From Squalus acanthias (lineage: Eukaryota): a DNA stretch of 64,000 bases. Of this stretch, positions 25,285-37,804 are shown in pieces; the stretch's first letter is position 1; every line of letters begins with the position of its first letter. Location of the stretch: positions 134,418,001 to 134,482,000 of the forward strand of contig CM059432.1 of NCBI GenBank assembly GCA_030390025.1, read 5' to 3'. The position numbers were made by a program, and so were the translations under genes. The notes below the pieces were generated by a model, which made no database searches, was not told the DNA's origin, and saw only the letters and a program-made list of their open reading frames with translations.

Positions 25285-27970
25285 GAATGGATGGCATTTT
25301 TGTTATTCCATGGCATCGTGCCTGTGTTGACTCTGAAAGAGCTATTCAATTTGTACCACTCCCCTGCTTTTACCCCATAGGCCTGCAAATTTCTCCTTTT
25401 CAAGTATTTATCCAATTCCCTTTTGAAAGTTACTGTTGAATCTGATTCCACCACCCTTTCTGGCAGTACATCCCAGATCACAACTCGTCTGCATAAAAAT
25501 ATTTCCTCTCTTCCCCCTGGATTTTTTGCCAATTATCTTAAATCAAAGCCCTTCATAATTTTGAACACCTCTATTAAATCATCCCTTAACCTTCTCTGCT
25601 CTAAGTAGAACAATCCCAGCTTCTTTAGTCTCTCCACATAACTCAAGTCCCTCGTCCCTGGTACCATTCTAGTAAATAATCTCGCACCCTCTCTAAGGCC
25701 TTGACATCGAGGGGAGGCCATCCTGGACTGGGTGTTGTGTAATGAGGAAGGACTAATCAGCAATCTTGTGGTACGAGGCCCCCTGGGGAAGAGTGACCAT
25801 AGTATGGTGGAGTTCTACATTAGGATGGAGAAGGAAACAGTTAAGTCAGAGACCATGGTCCAGAACTTAAATAAGGGCAACTTTGAGGGTATGAGGCGTG
25901 AATTGGCGAGGTTAAATTGGCAAGCGATATTTAAGGGGCTATCAGTGGAAGGGCAATGGCAGACATTTAGAGATCGCATGGATGAACTACAACAATTGTA
26001 CATCCCGGTCTGGCGTAAAAATAAAAAAGGGAAGGTGGCTCAACCATGGCTAACAAGGGAAATCAGGGATAGTATTAAAACCAAGGAAGTTGCATACAAA
26101 TTGGCCAGAAGTAGCAGCAAACCCGGGGACTGGGAGAACTTCAAAACTCAGCAGAGGGTTTGATTAGGGCAGGGAAAATAAAATATGAAAGGAAGCTTGC
26201 AGAGAACATTAAAATGGACAGCAAAAGCTTCTATAAATATGTAAAAAGAAAGAGGTTAGTAAAAACAAACGTAGGTCCCCTGCAGTCGGAAACAGGGGAA
26301 GTCGTAATGGGGAACAAGGAAATGGCAGATCAATTGAACAAGTACTTTGGTTCGGTGTTTACTGTGGAGGACACACACAACCTGCCGGAAATAAAAGGGG
26401 TCAGAGGATCTGGTAAGAGGGAGGAGCTGAGGGAAATCCTTATTAGTCGGGAAAAGGTATTGGGAAAATTGATGGGACTGAAGGCTGAAAAATCCCCGGG
26501 GCCTGATGGTCTGCATCCCAGAGTACTTAAGGAGGTGGCCTTGGAAATAGTGGATGCATTGACGATCATTTTCCAACATTCCTTAGACTCTGGATCAGTT
26601 CCGATGGAGTGGAGGGTGGCCAATGTAACCCCTCTTTTTAAAAAAGGAGGGAGGGAGAAAGCAGGGAATTATAGACCGGTCAGCCTGACATCGGTTGTGG
26701 GTAAAATGATGGAAGCAATTATTAAAGATGTCATAACAGACCATTTGGAAAGTGGCGACATGATAGGTCCAAGTCAGCATGGATTTGTGAAAGGGAAATC
26801 ATGCTTGACAAATCTTCTGGAATTTTTTGAGGATGTTTCCAATAGGGTGGACAGGGGGGAACCAGTAGATGTGGTGTATTTGGACTTTCAGAAGGCCTTC
26901 GACAAGGTTCCACACAAGAGATTGGTGAGCAAAGTTAAAGCACATGGGATTGGGGGTAATGTGTTGACGTGGATTGAGAACTGGTTGGCACACAGGAAAC
27001 AAAGAGTAGGAGTAAATGGGTACTTTTCAGAATGGCAGGCAGTGACCAGCGGGGTACCGCAGGGTTCGGTGCTGGGACCCCAGCTGTTTACATTATATAT
27101 TAATGATTTGGACGAAGGGATTAAATGTAATATCTCCAAATTTGCGGATGACACTAAATTGGGAGGCAGTGTGAACAATGAGGAGGATGCTAGGAGGCTA
27201 CAGAGTGACTTGGACAGGTTGGGTGAATGGGCAAATGTATGGCAGATGAAGTACAATGTGGATAAATGTGAGGTTATCCACTTTGGTGGTAAAAATAGAG
27301 AGGCGGACTATTACCTGAATGGTGGCAGATTAGGGAAAGGGGAGGTGCAACGAGACCTGGGCATCATGGTACATCAGTCATTGAAGGTGGGAATGCAAGT
27401 GCAGCAGGCAGTCAAGAAAGCAAACGGAATGATGGCCTTCATAGTAAGGGGATTTGAGTACAGGAGTAGGGAGGTGATGCTGCAGTTGTACAGGGCCTTG
27501 GTGAGGCCACACCTGGAGTATTGTGCGCAGTTTTGGTCTCCTAACTTAAGGAAGGACATTCTTGCTATTGAGGGAGTGCAGCGAAGGTTCACTAGATTGA
27601 TTCCTGGGATGGCCGGACTGACATATCAAGAAAGATTGGGTCAACTGAACTTGTATCCTCTGGAGTTCAGAAGAATGAGGGGGGATCTTATAGAGACATT
27701 TCCTAATGTGGTGCCCAGAATTGGACACACTACTCCAGCTGAAGCCTAACCAGTGATTTATAAAGGTTCAGGATAACGTTCTTGCGTTTGTACTCTATGC
27801 CTCTTTACAAAGCACAGGATCCTGTATGTTTTTTTAAACTGCCTTATCAACTTGTCCTGCCACCTTCAAAGATGTGTGTACATACACCCCCAGGTCTCTT
27901 TGTTCCTGCACCCCCTTTAAAATTGTGCCATTTAATTTATATTGCCTCCTCATTTTTCCTTCTAAAATGC
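25285..27970 (-). mobile_element. Older CR1 3' region (minus strand) split by a young plus-strand CR1 at 25709-27701
   Basis: Host GGCCTTGACATC|(TT)CCTAATGTGGTGCCCAGAATTG rejoins. Minus fragments read FTRMVPG...LEQRRLRDDLIEVFKIMKG. Confidence 0.88.
25709..27701 (+). mobile_element. Young CR1 fragment truncated at both ends, about 99% identical to 9133-10941 where they overlap
   Basis: ORFs 25732-26163 and 26160-27749 match the 706-aa ORF. A 10-nt deletion (AGGAGGACGA) at ~26155 shifts the frame. The match stops at GAGACATTT with no 3' UTR. Confidence 0.96.
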
Positions 27971-30900
27971 ATACCAGTCAGTTTTCTCTCCCACTTAGAA
28001 CCCAGGCAAAAATGGCCAAACTTCCCGTCTGGGGAATCTTAAGTGCAAATCCCTATCTGGGACTGCAACACCTTACATTGACACTGGAAGGAAGAGGCTG
28101 GAAAACATCGCAGCAGTAAATTTAAATTTGGTGCCGTGAAGCTTTAAACAAGCATCAGATGAAACCAATTGATCAAATATTCAATTTGACTAGGTTCAAT
28201 ATGGTATGAACGTGGTCAAAGGTATGCTGGACATAGAACTTAACATGAAGGAACATTCTGGAATAGTAGGATAATCTATATCAAATTTCATACATGGGAA
28301 GCCTATTTCATACATGGGAAGCCTATGTCATTGAAAATGGCCGAAGCCATTGTACAGCCTGTAGTACCGGTTATGCCTCCAGGTGGCAATGCAATGGGAG
28401 TTTTCAGTGTCAAGAGTATCTCACTTTGCCTGTTGCAGAGTCAACCAGCTGGCTGTAGCAGCCTTATTGCACCAGTACATTTTTAAAGGGATTAAACATT
28501 CACTGATGGTTAAAGCCTACCTAAATTACTGGAATCATTTAGTCAAAATGAAAGAAAATCTCCAAGCACTTTGGGACATCCTGAGGGCGTGAAAGGCGCT
28601 ATATAAATGCAAATCTTTTTCTTTCTATAATTCTCCGTAGCCTAAGAATGTAATATTTCTGCACCTAATGAATGACCCGAACTGGCTGTATGGGAACATA
28701 CCAACAATTAATTTATCCATAGAATATCTCCCATTGTCACAATTTCTTTCCCACCCACCACTGATAAAAATTTTGAATGGCAACCTTAAGGTCAGAGTTG
28801 CATCAACTTCCCCCTCCCCACTGAATATAATCTCGTGATGGAGAGGATACTATACTACAGTTAGGAATTCCTGGGTCTGGGAGCCGCATAGATTTAGCCG
28901 CTTCCCTTGCCTCTCCGCTTCCTCTGTCCCTTTTCCTCCCCTCCTTCATCTCTCCATCTATTTCTCTCCCCCTCCACTTCCCCCTCACCCACACTACCTC
29001 CCTCCATGGCTTTGGCCCAATTATCCCAAACCCTCTCATCTTGCTTGAGCAGAATATTGCACTTGGTCTTGATGTGCAACATTAAAGGAGATGAAATAGT
29101 ATATATTAAATTTGGTACGTGAGGCATGCATTTGATTGAAAACCTACTATAAGTACCTGTTACTCCTGCAGGTGGTGCTATGGTAGGTATTTTCAAGATT
29201 GTACACTGTAACACACATTTGCTAGTCACAAAGTATATCACCGTGACATTGTGCAATCTGGCCACCAGATTCCCATGTTACTCAAAATGCTTTCTGAAAA
29301 CAATTTTCAGTCACCATTTTTTTTCCTCAGTAATTAAAATGTAATGAGATAAGGGTTTAAACAAAAATATACCAAAAAGTTATACTTTTTACCATAACTT
29401 GATTACAGCTATCCATTGAGTTGTCTTTTATTTCTTTTAATGCTTTCATTAAAAGTTTTTAGTTGAAGGCTTCAGCTCCCAAAAGCCTTGGATTGGATTT
29501 GATATTTTTGCCCAGACCAATGACTCTTAACATGCAGCTAATTTCCCAGAATACATCAGTACCATTTCTAGTGATTTCTACTGATGGGATATTTTTCTTG
29601 AGCTCCGAGCACGTTCTGCCCACAGCTTTTCTTCAAAACATTTTGAAAAAACAATAGGGCAAATTCCAAAAGCTTTACTGAGGTAAAACTTATATCATTT
29701 TTTTTTAAGAAAGGCTGCGTGTGCGAAAGTGAGAAAAAATGAGTGTGTTCTGATTACCCACCTGTTGGAACTTTTGTTTTGTATCCTATAAACTTTACAA
29801 AGTGAGAGGAAAAGATGGTTATTGAGAGAGAAGAGGTTTAGAAAATGAGAGTGCTTTCTTTATTTAACATTACTTCAATTTAAAAAAACACCAGTTGAAT
29901 TTTGAAGGGAACTGATTATCTGCAGCTGACAGAAATAGTCAATGCTAATCGTGTACACCAGTGAGAAATAGATAGCAATACGCAAATACAGAGAAAGGCA
30001 GACAGGCAATTGTTCCCATTGTAATCTGATTTATTTTTAAAAAGAAAGCAAGTTGAATTAAGCCTCTTTGAGGGAAGTAGACAGGAAGGGAGCGTAGGAT
30101 GGAAACTGGTTGAGAGTGAGAGGGCCTAGGGCCTCTTGCCACCCATCAGTGAGAGGAGTGAGTTGGAGTAGGGAGAGTGGTTGCACAGTTAAAGGTGAGG
30201 TGAGTGACAGTGGAGCAAGGAGGAGGGGAAGATACAGGGGCTGAGTGGATCATTCAAAGAGGTAGGGACTGTGATTGGAGTGGGGGTGGTAGGTAGTGGG
30301 AAGGGGTAGGGGATGTGATGGGAGCTGAGGGAAGCATAAATGATTGGGGGAAGGGACCCACTGAGGGCCATATTTTCCCAGTAACGCCCCACTCCAAATA
30401 CAACCTACATCTGTTGGCAGCCCTTTCCCTGCCACACCCGCCATACCACCCACCATCTCCAACCTGGAAGAAGAAAAAGGTAGAGAAGCAAAAAGAGTTA
30501 AGGGGCGAGAAATTGGTGGGAAAAGAAAGAGCAACAAGCAGAAGAGAGATAGAGAAAATCGGTAACATGAAGACATCAGAGACAGGTAAGAGAGTGACCA
30601 TATTCTCCGACTTACCATTTGCGACAACATTGAACACCAACAGATAATAAGAAGTTTTGGATTTTCTTCTTTGTGCGTGCAGGTCTGTTTTTGTGTATAT
30701 ATGCCTGGCCACCTCTCTCCTTATTTAACAGGGATATGTTCAATATAGTTCATGCCTTTTAAGAGGGGGTATCATTTGGGTAGGGAATTTTGCAGGTAAA
30801 TTCAGTTTCTGAAACCACTCATGCAATGAAGCTGGCATAAGTGGCACCTACGAAAAATTTGTGTTGCAATTGATGTTTTATCTGCTGCAATTTCAAGTTG

Positions 30901-31756
30901 TCTTCACTGATTGTCACACAAAATAGTTGAATTGCATGTGAAATGATTCCTTATATACAGTAACGTGTCTTGTAAGAGATTTTGATTATGGTGACAGTGC
31001 CCTTTAAACTTGGCTTTTTGGTCCATTTAAATTATCATTGCACAACAGAGATGGGATTTAAATTTTATTTTATTTTTATTGCAAGTCATGGATGTACAAG
31101 ATGTGAGCTCAACCATGCCATCAGAAACAGGTAGTGAGCAGAAGTCAAGTAACTCTCTAAATTGAGAGAAATCACTCTGGGCCGGTCTCCTACAAGGCTG
31201 TTATAAAATGCCAGAGGCCTGGGAGCAGGCCATCAGCTTGTCTTCTCATGTGGAAATGATGTGTGGGGCAGTGAAACCTGAAAAAAGAAAAAACCCTGCA
31301 AATGAATGTGGTATTATGAGCTTTGATCATGACATGAAAACTGGAAACAACATGAAAGGAAGTGATATTCCTACCCTATCTCATGCTACAACTATGGCTA
31401 GATTTTATTTAATTGCACTGCTGCTATATACTATTACTGATATGATTAATGATATTAATGCTGTTTAGCATCATGCAAACTGCTGTAATCCCTCTCCCCC
31501 CTCCCCCATCCCAAATTAATGAGCCATGCCTAGTGGGTTTGATATGCACACAGTTGAGTTTTCCAGCAAGGAGGCACTGGATAACAATCAGAAGTGGAAG
31601 CCAGCAAGAGCACTCAATCCAATTGTTGTCCTCCACAGTTGTGCCAGCTGAGATGAACAAACTCAGCATAAACCACGGATCATACCTTGACCACACCACA
31701 GTGAACTTGCCCAATTAAAAAGAAAAGCTGCATTGACTGTAGTTTTATTCCCTGCC

Positions 31757-31949
31757 ATCTACCTCTCCATCTCTCTCGCCTCCTTTAAGACGCTCCTTAA
31801 AACCTACCTCTTTGACCAAGCTTTTGGTCACCTGTCCTAATATCTCCTTATGTGGCTCGGTGTTCAACTTTGTTTGATAATTGCTCCTATGAAGCGCCTT
31901 GGAACGTTTTACTACATTAAAGGCGCTATATAAATGCAAGTTTTTTGTT
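31757..31949 (+). mobile_element. L2 3'-end fragment
   Basis: CTCCTTAAAACCTACCTCTTTGACCAAGCTTTTGG...GGCGCTATATAAATGCAAGTT. Confidence 0.88.
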
Positions 31950-32166
31950 CATGATGCGGAGATGCCGGTGTTGGACTGGGGTGGACAAAAGTGAGAAGTC
32001 GCACAACACCAGGTTATAGTCCAACAGTTTTATTTGAAATCACAAGCTTTCGGAGCTGCTGCCCCTTCGTCATTCCTTTACTTCACCTGACGAAGGGGCA
32101 GCAGCTCCGAAAGCTTGTGATTTCAAATAAAACTGTTGGACTATAACCTGGTGTTGTGCGACTTCT
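31950..32166. mobile_element. Fold-back (inverted) Penelope-type mini-element, family B
   Basis: 81-bp perfect inverted arms (31992-32072, 32088-32168) with a 15-nt spacer. 13-bp TSD CAAGTTTTTTGTT (31937-31949, 32167-32179). Confidence 0.88.
32083..32120 (+). ncRNA. Minimal type-I hammerhead ribozyme motif (family B)
   Basis: UCAC-CUGACGA-A-GGGGC-AGCA-GCUCC-GAAA-GC-UU-GUGA. Helix I is UCAC/GUGA, helix II has 5 bp, and helix III is the palindrome AGCU. Confidence 0.75.
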
Positions 32167-33209
32167 CAAGTTTTTTGTTGTTATTATCATTAGCTTTGTG
32201 CAGGAGATTTGGGCCACACCACTGTTGAGAGGGAAAAAAACAAAATAGAAAGAAAGAGCTTGCATTTATATAGTGCCTTTCACTACCTCAGGATGTCCCA
32301 AGCGCTTTACAACCAATTAAGTACTTTTTTGAAGCGTAGAATTGTAATGTGGGAAACTTATATATAGAATTCCTTGATGAAGTGGTGCAGGAAGAACAAT
32401 CCCCCCAGGAGAAATGTGAGAGTGTCACTGAGTCACCATTAACGGTAAAGCAAAAAGGAAAAATGTATCTGGAGGAGAGCCTTGCAATGGGCACAAACCC
32501 TTTTTTTGAATTTTGGTTTTGTACAAGATTGCGGGGAACATAATTTAAACATGAGAAAATTAAGAGTGAATAGAGAATTCGGGAAATAGCGAAGACCGTT
32601 GGAGCAAATGGTTTAATGAGTTCAAGAGATAACAAGGGATCGCGGGGGACAGAGGATGGAGGGAGATAGAGAGAAGAGGGTTGAAATCAATGAATAAAAT
32701 GGAACAGCCTTGTTGGACCTACTGGCTTTTCTCTGTTCCTAAAATCTCAGATCAGGCATGGTCCATCTCAGCATCACACCGCTGCAGTTGGAAGAATTTT
32801 TTTATGTAGTCACCGTATTGATTATTTTGGCCTTGGCTATTATAAGCAGAGATATCTCATATCAACATTCTCGTAATAAGATCCCTATTTCTACAAATTC
32901 TGAAAACTAGCCCATACCTTAAGTGTTAAAAATTAGTTAATTAAAAAATATATCTAATTGTATTAACAATTGTAACGTGGTGTCAGCACTTTGTTGAAAC
33001 AGGTCAACATATTTTGTTTGTCATTTAATATGAGATTCGAGAAGGGAACTTAATCTATTCAGAGGCATGAATAAATTATGCAAATGAGAAACAATGGATA
33101 ACAAATATAAGATCATCATTTTCACTCCATCACAACTTGTGTAAAACCAGTCAATAAATATTGTTTGCTAATGTTGTTGTGTTCAAAATATTTGTAAGAG
33201 ATTTACTAT

Positions 33210-34067
33210 GGGGGGTAATTTTAACCCCCCCCAGGATCGGTGGGGAGTTTAAAAATAAAAAAATCAGAAACGCGCCCACCTCCGGTTTTAACGGAGGCGG
33301 GTTGAGCGGTGGGCGACTAACCTGCTCTCCAGAGACAGGTCCCGAATTTAATTGTAATGAGGCTGCGTGCCTCATATTTTACCTCCGTTTAAAATCTTAT
33401 GCTGGCCGGTCGGGTTTCATGGTCCTCGGGAATCCCGGCAGCTGAAGGGAGGTGAGAACTGCTGTATGGAACAGGTAAGTGCCTTTCCAGCACTGCTTGT
33501 GGGCCAGGAGGAGCAGGAGTGCTTCCCCACCTCGGCCACCAAGCTTATCGGTAAACCACCCCGCGATCATCCGACGCCTCTCCCCCCCCCCCGCCCCCAT
33601 GATTGGACACCCCTGCAAACGGACTCCCTGCAAGTCCATTCCCCTCTCGATGTCCGACCCCCCTCCCGATGCCTGCTCCCCTCCCGATGTCTAGTCCTCT
33701 CCCGATGCCTGCTCCCCTCCCGATGCCTGCTCCCCTCCCGATGTCCTCTCCTGATATCTGCTCCTCTCCCGATGTCTGCTCCTCTCCCGATGTCTGCTCC
33801 CCTCCCGATGTCTGCTCCCCTCCCGATGTCCGCTCCCCTCCCGATGTCCGCTCCTCTCACGATGTCCACTCCTCTCACGATGTCCAAACCCCTCCCAATG
33901 TCCGACCCCCTCCTGACAGCAGACCCCGGCTGTGACTTGGTGCCGCAGGCCTACTTGCCCGACAGCCTCACAATCTGGCTGGCTGTGGCTGGGAAACAGA
34001 GAATATAAAATTAAATCAGGTTAAATTTGTACTTCAGGTTTCCCGGCCTCTAAATCTCCCCGCCCCC
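33210..34067. mobile_element. Probable Harbinger-type non-autonomous element containing a minisatellite
   Basis: GC-rich block in AT-rich DNA starting GGGGGTAATTTTAACCCC, like the other GGG..AATTTT termini here. The right TIR is unclear. Confidence 0.45.
33645..33910. repeat. 18-bp minisatellite (CTCCCCTCCCGATGTCTG)n, about 14 units
   Basis: Tandem units are directly visible and give PMSAPL / GADIGR repeats in spurious ORFs. Confidence 0.92.
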
Positions 34068-34094
34068 ACAAGAAAGTAACACATCTCAAGGTTT

Positions 34095-35598
34095 TAATTA
34101 CAAGACGACAAGGATTTATTAAAGGCAAATCGTGTTTTACTAACTTGATTGAGCTTTTTGTTGAAGTAACGGAGAGGGTTGATGAGGGTAGTGCGGTTGA
34201 TGTTGTGCATATGGATTTTCAAAAGGTGTTTGACAAATTACCACATAATCGATAGCAAAATACTGCGGATGCTGGAAAATTGAAACAACAACAGAAAACG
34301 CTGGAAAAACTCAGCAGGCCAGGCAACATCCGTGGAGAGAGAAACAGAGTTAACGTTTCAGGGTTTCGACCTGAAATGTTAACTCTGCTTCTCTCTCCAC
34401 GGATGTTGCCTGGCCTGCTGAGTTTTTCCAGCGTTTTCTGTTGTTGTACCACATAATAGACTTGTTAGCAAAATTAAAGCCTATGGGACTAAAAGGGAGA
34501 GTGGTTGCATGGATATGAAATGTGTTAAGAGACAGAAAGCAGAGAGTAGTGGTGAACGGTTGTTTATCAGACTGGAGGGAAGTATACAGTGGAGTTCCCC
34601 AGGGGTTGGTATTAGGATCACTGCTCTTTTTGATATATATTAATGACCTGGGCTTGGGTATACAAGGCATAATTTCAAAGTTTGCAGATAACATGAAACT
34701 CAGAAATGTAGTAAACAATGAGGAGGATAGTAACAGACTTCAGGAGGACATAGACAGACTGCTGAAAGGGGCAGACACATGGCAGATGAAATTTAACGTA
34801 GAGAAGTGTGAAGCAATACATTTTGGAAGGATGAGGAGAGGCAATATAAACTAAATGGTACAATTTTAAAGGGGATGCAGGAACAGAGAGACCTGGGGGT
34901 GTTTGTGCACAAGTCTTTGAAGGTAGCAGGACAAGTTTAGAAGGTTGTTAAAAAAGCATACGGGATCCTTGGCTTTATTAATAGAGGCATAGAGTACAAA
35001 AGCAAGGAAGTTATGCTCAGCCTTTATAAAGCACTGGTTAGGCCTCAGCTGGAGTATTGTATTCAATTGTGGGCACCACACTTTAGGAAGGATGTCAAGG
35101 CCTTGGAGAGGGTGTAACAGAAGACATTTACTAGAATGGAACCAGTGATGAGGATCTTCAGTTATGTGGAGGGACTGGAGAAGCTGGGATTGTTCTCCTT
35201 AGAGCAGAGAAGGTTAAGAGGAGATTTGATAGAAGTACTCAAAATCATGAACAGTTTTGATAGAGTAATTAAGGAGTAACTGTTTCCAGTGGCAGAAGGG
35301 TCAATAACCAGAGGACACAGATTTATGGTGATTGGTAAAAGAACCAGAGGCGACATGAGGAAACATTTTTTTTACACAGCGAGTTGTTGTGATCTGGAAT
35401 GCACTGCCTGAAAGGGCGGTGGAAGCAGATTCAATAGTAACTTTCAAAAGGGAATTGGATAAATACTTGAAGGGAAGTTTTTACAGGGCAATGGGGAAAG
35501 AGCAGGGGGGGTGGAACTAATTGGATAGCTCTACCAAAGAGCTGGCACAGGCATGATGGGCCTGAATGGCCTCCTTCTGTGCTGTATCATTCTATGAT
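34095..35598 (+). mobile_element. Decayed CR1 (RT to 3' tail) interrupted at 34250-34446
   Basis: LRDRKQRVVVNG...SGVPQGLVLG...ISKFADNMKL, tail TATCATTCTATGAT. Confidence 0.92.
34250..34446. mobile_element. Fold-back Penelope pLTR mini-element (family A-related)
   Basis: Arms CAACAACAGAAAACGCTGG...TTAACGTTTCAGG / CCTGAAATGTTAAC...TTCTGTTGTTG (~77 bp, 2 mismatches). 11-bp TSD TACCACATAAT (34239-34249, 34447-34457). Similar to the pLTR at 23265-23381. Confidence 0.88.
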
Positions 35599-36601
35599 AA
35601 GTTGATAAAACTTTTCTCTCTCTACTTATGATGTTATTTGGACTTGTTACCAAGTTACTGCTTTGTACCACAATCCTAACAATCTACTCTCCTATATTTC
35701 TTACACTTATTGTCACTTTGTACGTTACTTCAGTAATTTTATATGAATTAGATTACTGAAATGTCATTCCACAATCTCCAGTACCAGACACAATAGAGAA
35801 ACTTTCTTTATTACAAGACTGGTGCATAGGAGTCTAAATTAGTACCAGCTCTGTGCGACAGCAGATTTACATTTTAGACAAAAGTCTTGTATCTGTTACA
35901 TCACACTCCTTTGGTTAATAGACAGTTAATATAATAAAACTAGCCATCATTGTGACAATACAGAATGAACGCACAGGTTCCATGAGGGAACGGTAGACAG
36001 GTGATTAAAGTGTGAGGCACAAGGCAAGTGATTTAATTAACTACAAGTTCTCTGTTCCAGAAAACCTGCATGTTTTTGCACTCTATCCATCAGTATCTAG
36101 ATGGTGACCGGCTCCCTTGAGACATCACCTACATGATACCACAATTAAAATTAAATCAACCTTCTAAGAATGTAGGAGTTTAAAAAATTTAAGACCAGTT
36201 CTGCAGCAAATCATATTGCCTAATTGCAGTCCTCTATCCATTAATTTTGATAAAAGCCAGTTATGTAACATTCCCTCAAGAGTTGATAATTACCAAGCCC
36301 TCGATTTAAAAAGCTCAAACTATGAAAAAAAGAAATCCATTAAATTCTAACAATGTTATTTTGAATATGAGAGTTTAGTGTCTTTGGTGTTCCTTTTGAC
36401 AAAAATGTGTAGGTTTCCATCAGTTCCTTTTAAACTCACAGGTATGGGATGTTCATCTCGCTCAACACTGACTGCAATATTTGATCCTGCAATTACTTTG
36501 CCCCATAACATTTTAATATATTTTTGCCCAGTTACACTGGCATAAAGCTACGGGGTACAATTCAAAGGGAGAAAGTTTAAAAAGCAAACTTTATTCTAGT
36601 G

Positions 36602-37168
36602 TCATCCATGCCTTTGTTACCTCTAGACTCAACTATTCCAATGCTCTCCTAGTCGGCCTCCCACCTTCCCTAAACATGAGCTCTGCTGCCCCGGATCCTA
36701 ACTCGCACCAAGTCCCGTTCATTCATCACCCCTGTGCTCGCTGACCTACATTGGCTCCCGGTCCGGCAACGCCTCGATTTAAAAATTCTCAAGCTTGCTT
36801 TCAAATCCCTCCATGGCCTCGCCCCTCCCTACCTTTGTAACCTCCTCCAACCCTACAACCCTCTGAGATCTCTGTGCTCCTCCAATTCTGGCTCTTGCAC
36901 ATCCCCGATTTTCATCGCTCCACCATTGCTGGCCGTGCCTTCAGTGGCCTAGGCCCTAAACTCTGGAATTCCCTCCTTAAACCTCTCCACCTCTCTCTCC
37001 TCCTTTAAGATGCTCCTTAATACCCAGCTCTTTGACCAAGCTTTTGGTGCCCTGTCCTAATATCTCTTTGTGTGGCTTGTGTCAAATTTTGTTTGATAAT
37101 CGTTGCTGTGAAGTGCCTGGAACATTTTACTATGTTAAAGGCGCTATATAAATGCAAGTTTTTGTTGG
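36602..37168 (+). mobile_element. L2 3' fragment
   Basis: LADLHWLPVRQRLDLKILKLAFKSLHGLAPPYL, tail GGCGCTATATAAATGCAAGTT. Confidence 0.9.
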
Positions 37169-37804
37169 TATGAATTTTAATTAATTAAGAAAATCGGTTT
37201 AATTTTTTAAGAGTCAGACCATGTATAAGTTGCCGTTATATCTCAGACCGACTGAGGTGAATTGCTCCAAGTTCTAGCAATTATTTGTAATGTAGAATTA
37301 TACATTTGACTGCTTTGTTCACTCTTTATCTTAAGAGTGACATTTTACCAGGCTGACTGCCCATCACAGTTGCACACTACTAATTTTCCATGATATCCCA
37401 TCTGGAATAACATTTCTATCCTTTAATGAAATGAAAGTATTTTAACAGGAATATTCTTAAGGAAATGTGTGCCTATGCACTGATTCAATCTTAATGGATG
37501 ATGGGAATGGTTTCTCCCCAGTACGAAGCATTTTCTAAATTGATGCTTCCATAGCTTCCCACATGACAAAAGTTCTGATCTTGCCCATTGTGGCGCCCAA
37601 GTCCTGTTGAATTCATGACCTTGTGATTCAGAAGTAAGAGCCAAGCTGAAGGTCAGGAGTGGAGCTGTTTACTGATAATTCTACAGAGTTCCACTCGATT
37701 CACAACTTCTCCAATAATGAAGCAGCCCTTGCCAGCCTGCAGCAGGAACTGGAGAACATACAAAACTTGGATTGACAAATGCCAGGTTAAACATTCCCGC
37801 CACA

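Noticed and set aside
28285..28326. 20-bp tandem duplication ATTTCATACATGGGAAGCCT (also a 13-bp one at ~6328-6357)
   Set aside because: Ordinary slippage duplications.
30189..30712. Overlapping ORFs in purine-rich DNA
   Set aside because: Compositional bias with no recognisable domain or convincing splice structure.
33645..33910. CRISPR-like regular repeats
   Set aside because: No unique spacers, no cas genes, and the context is eukaryotic.
33367..34008. 213-aa ORF with PMSAPL repeats
   Set aside because: Translation of the 18-bp minisatellite.
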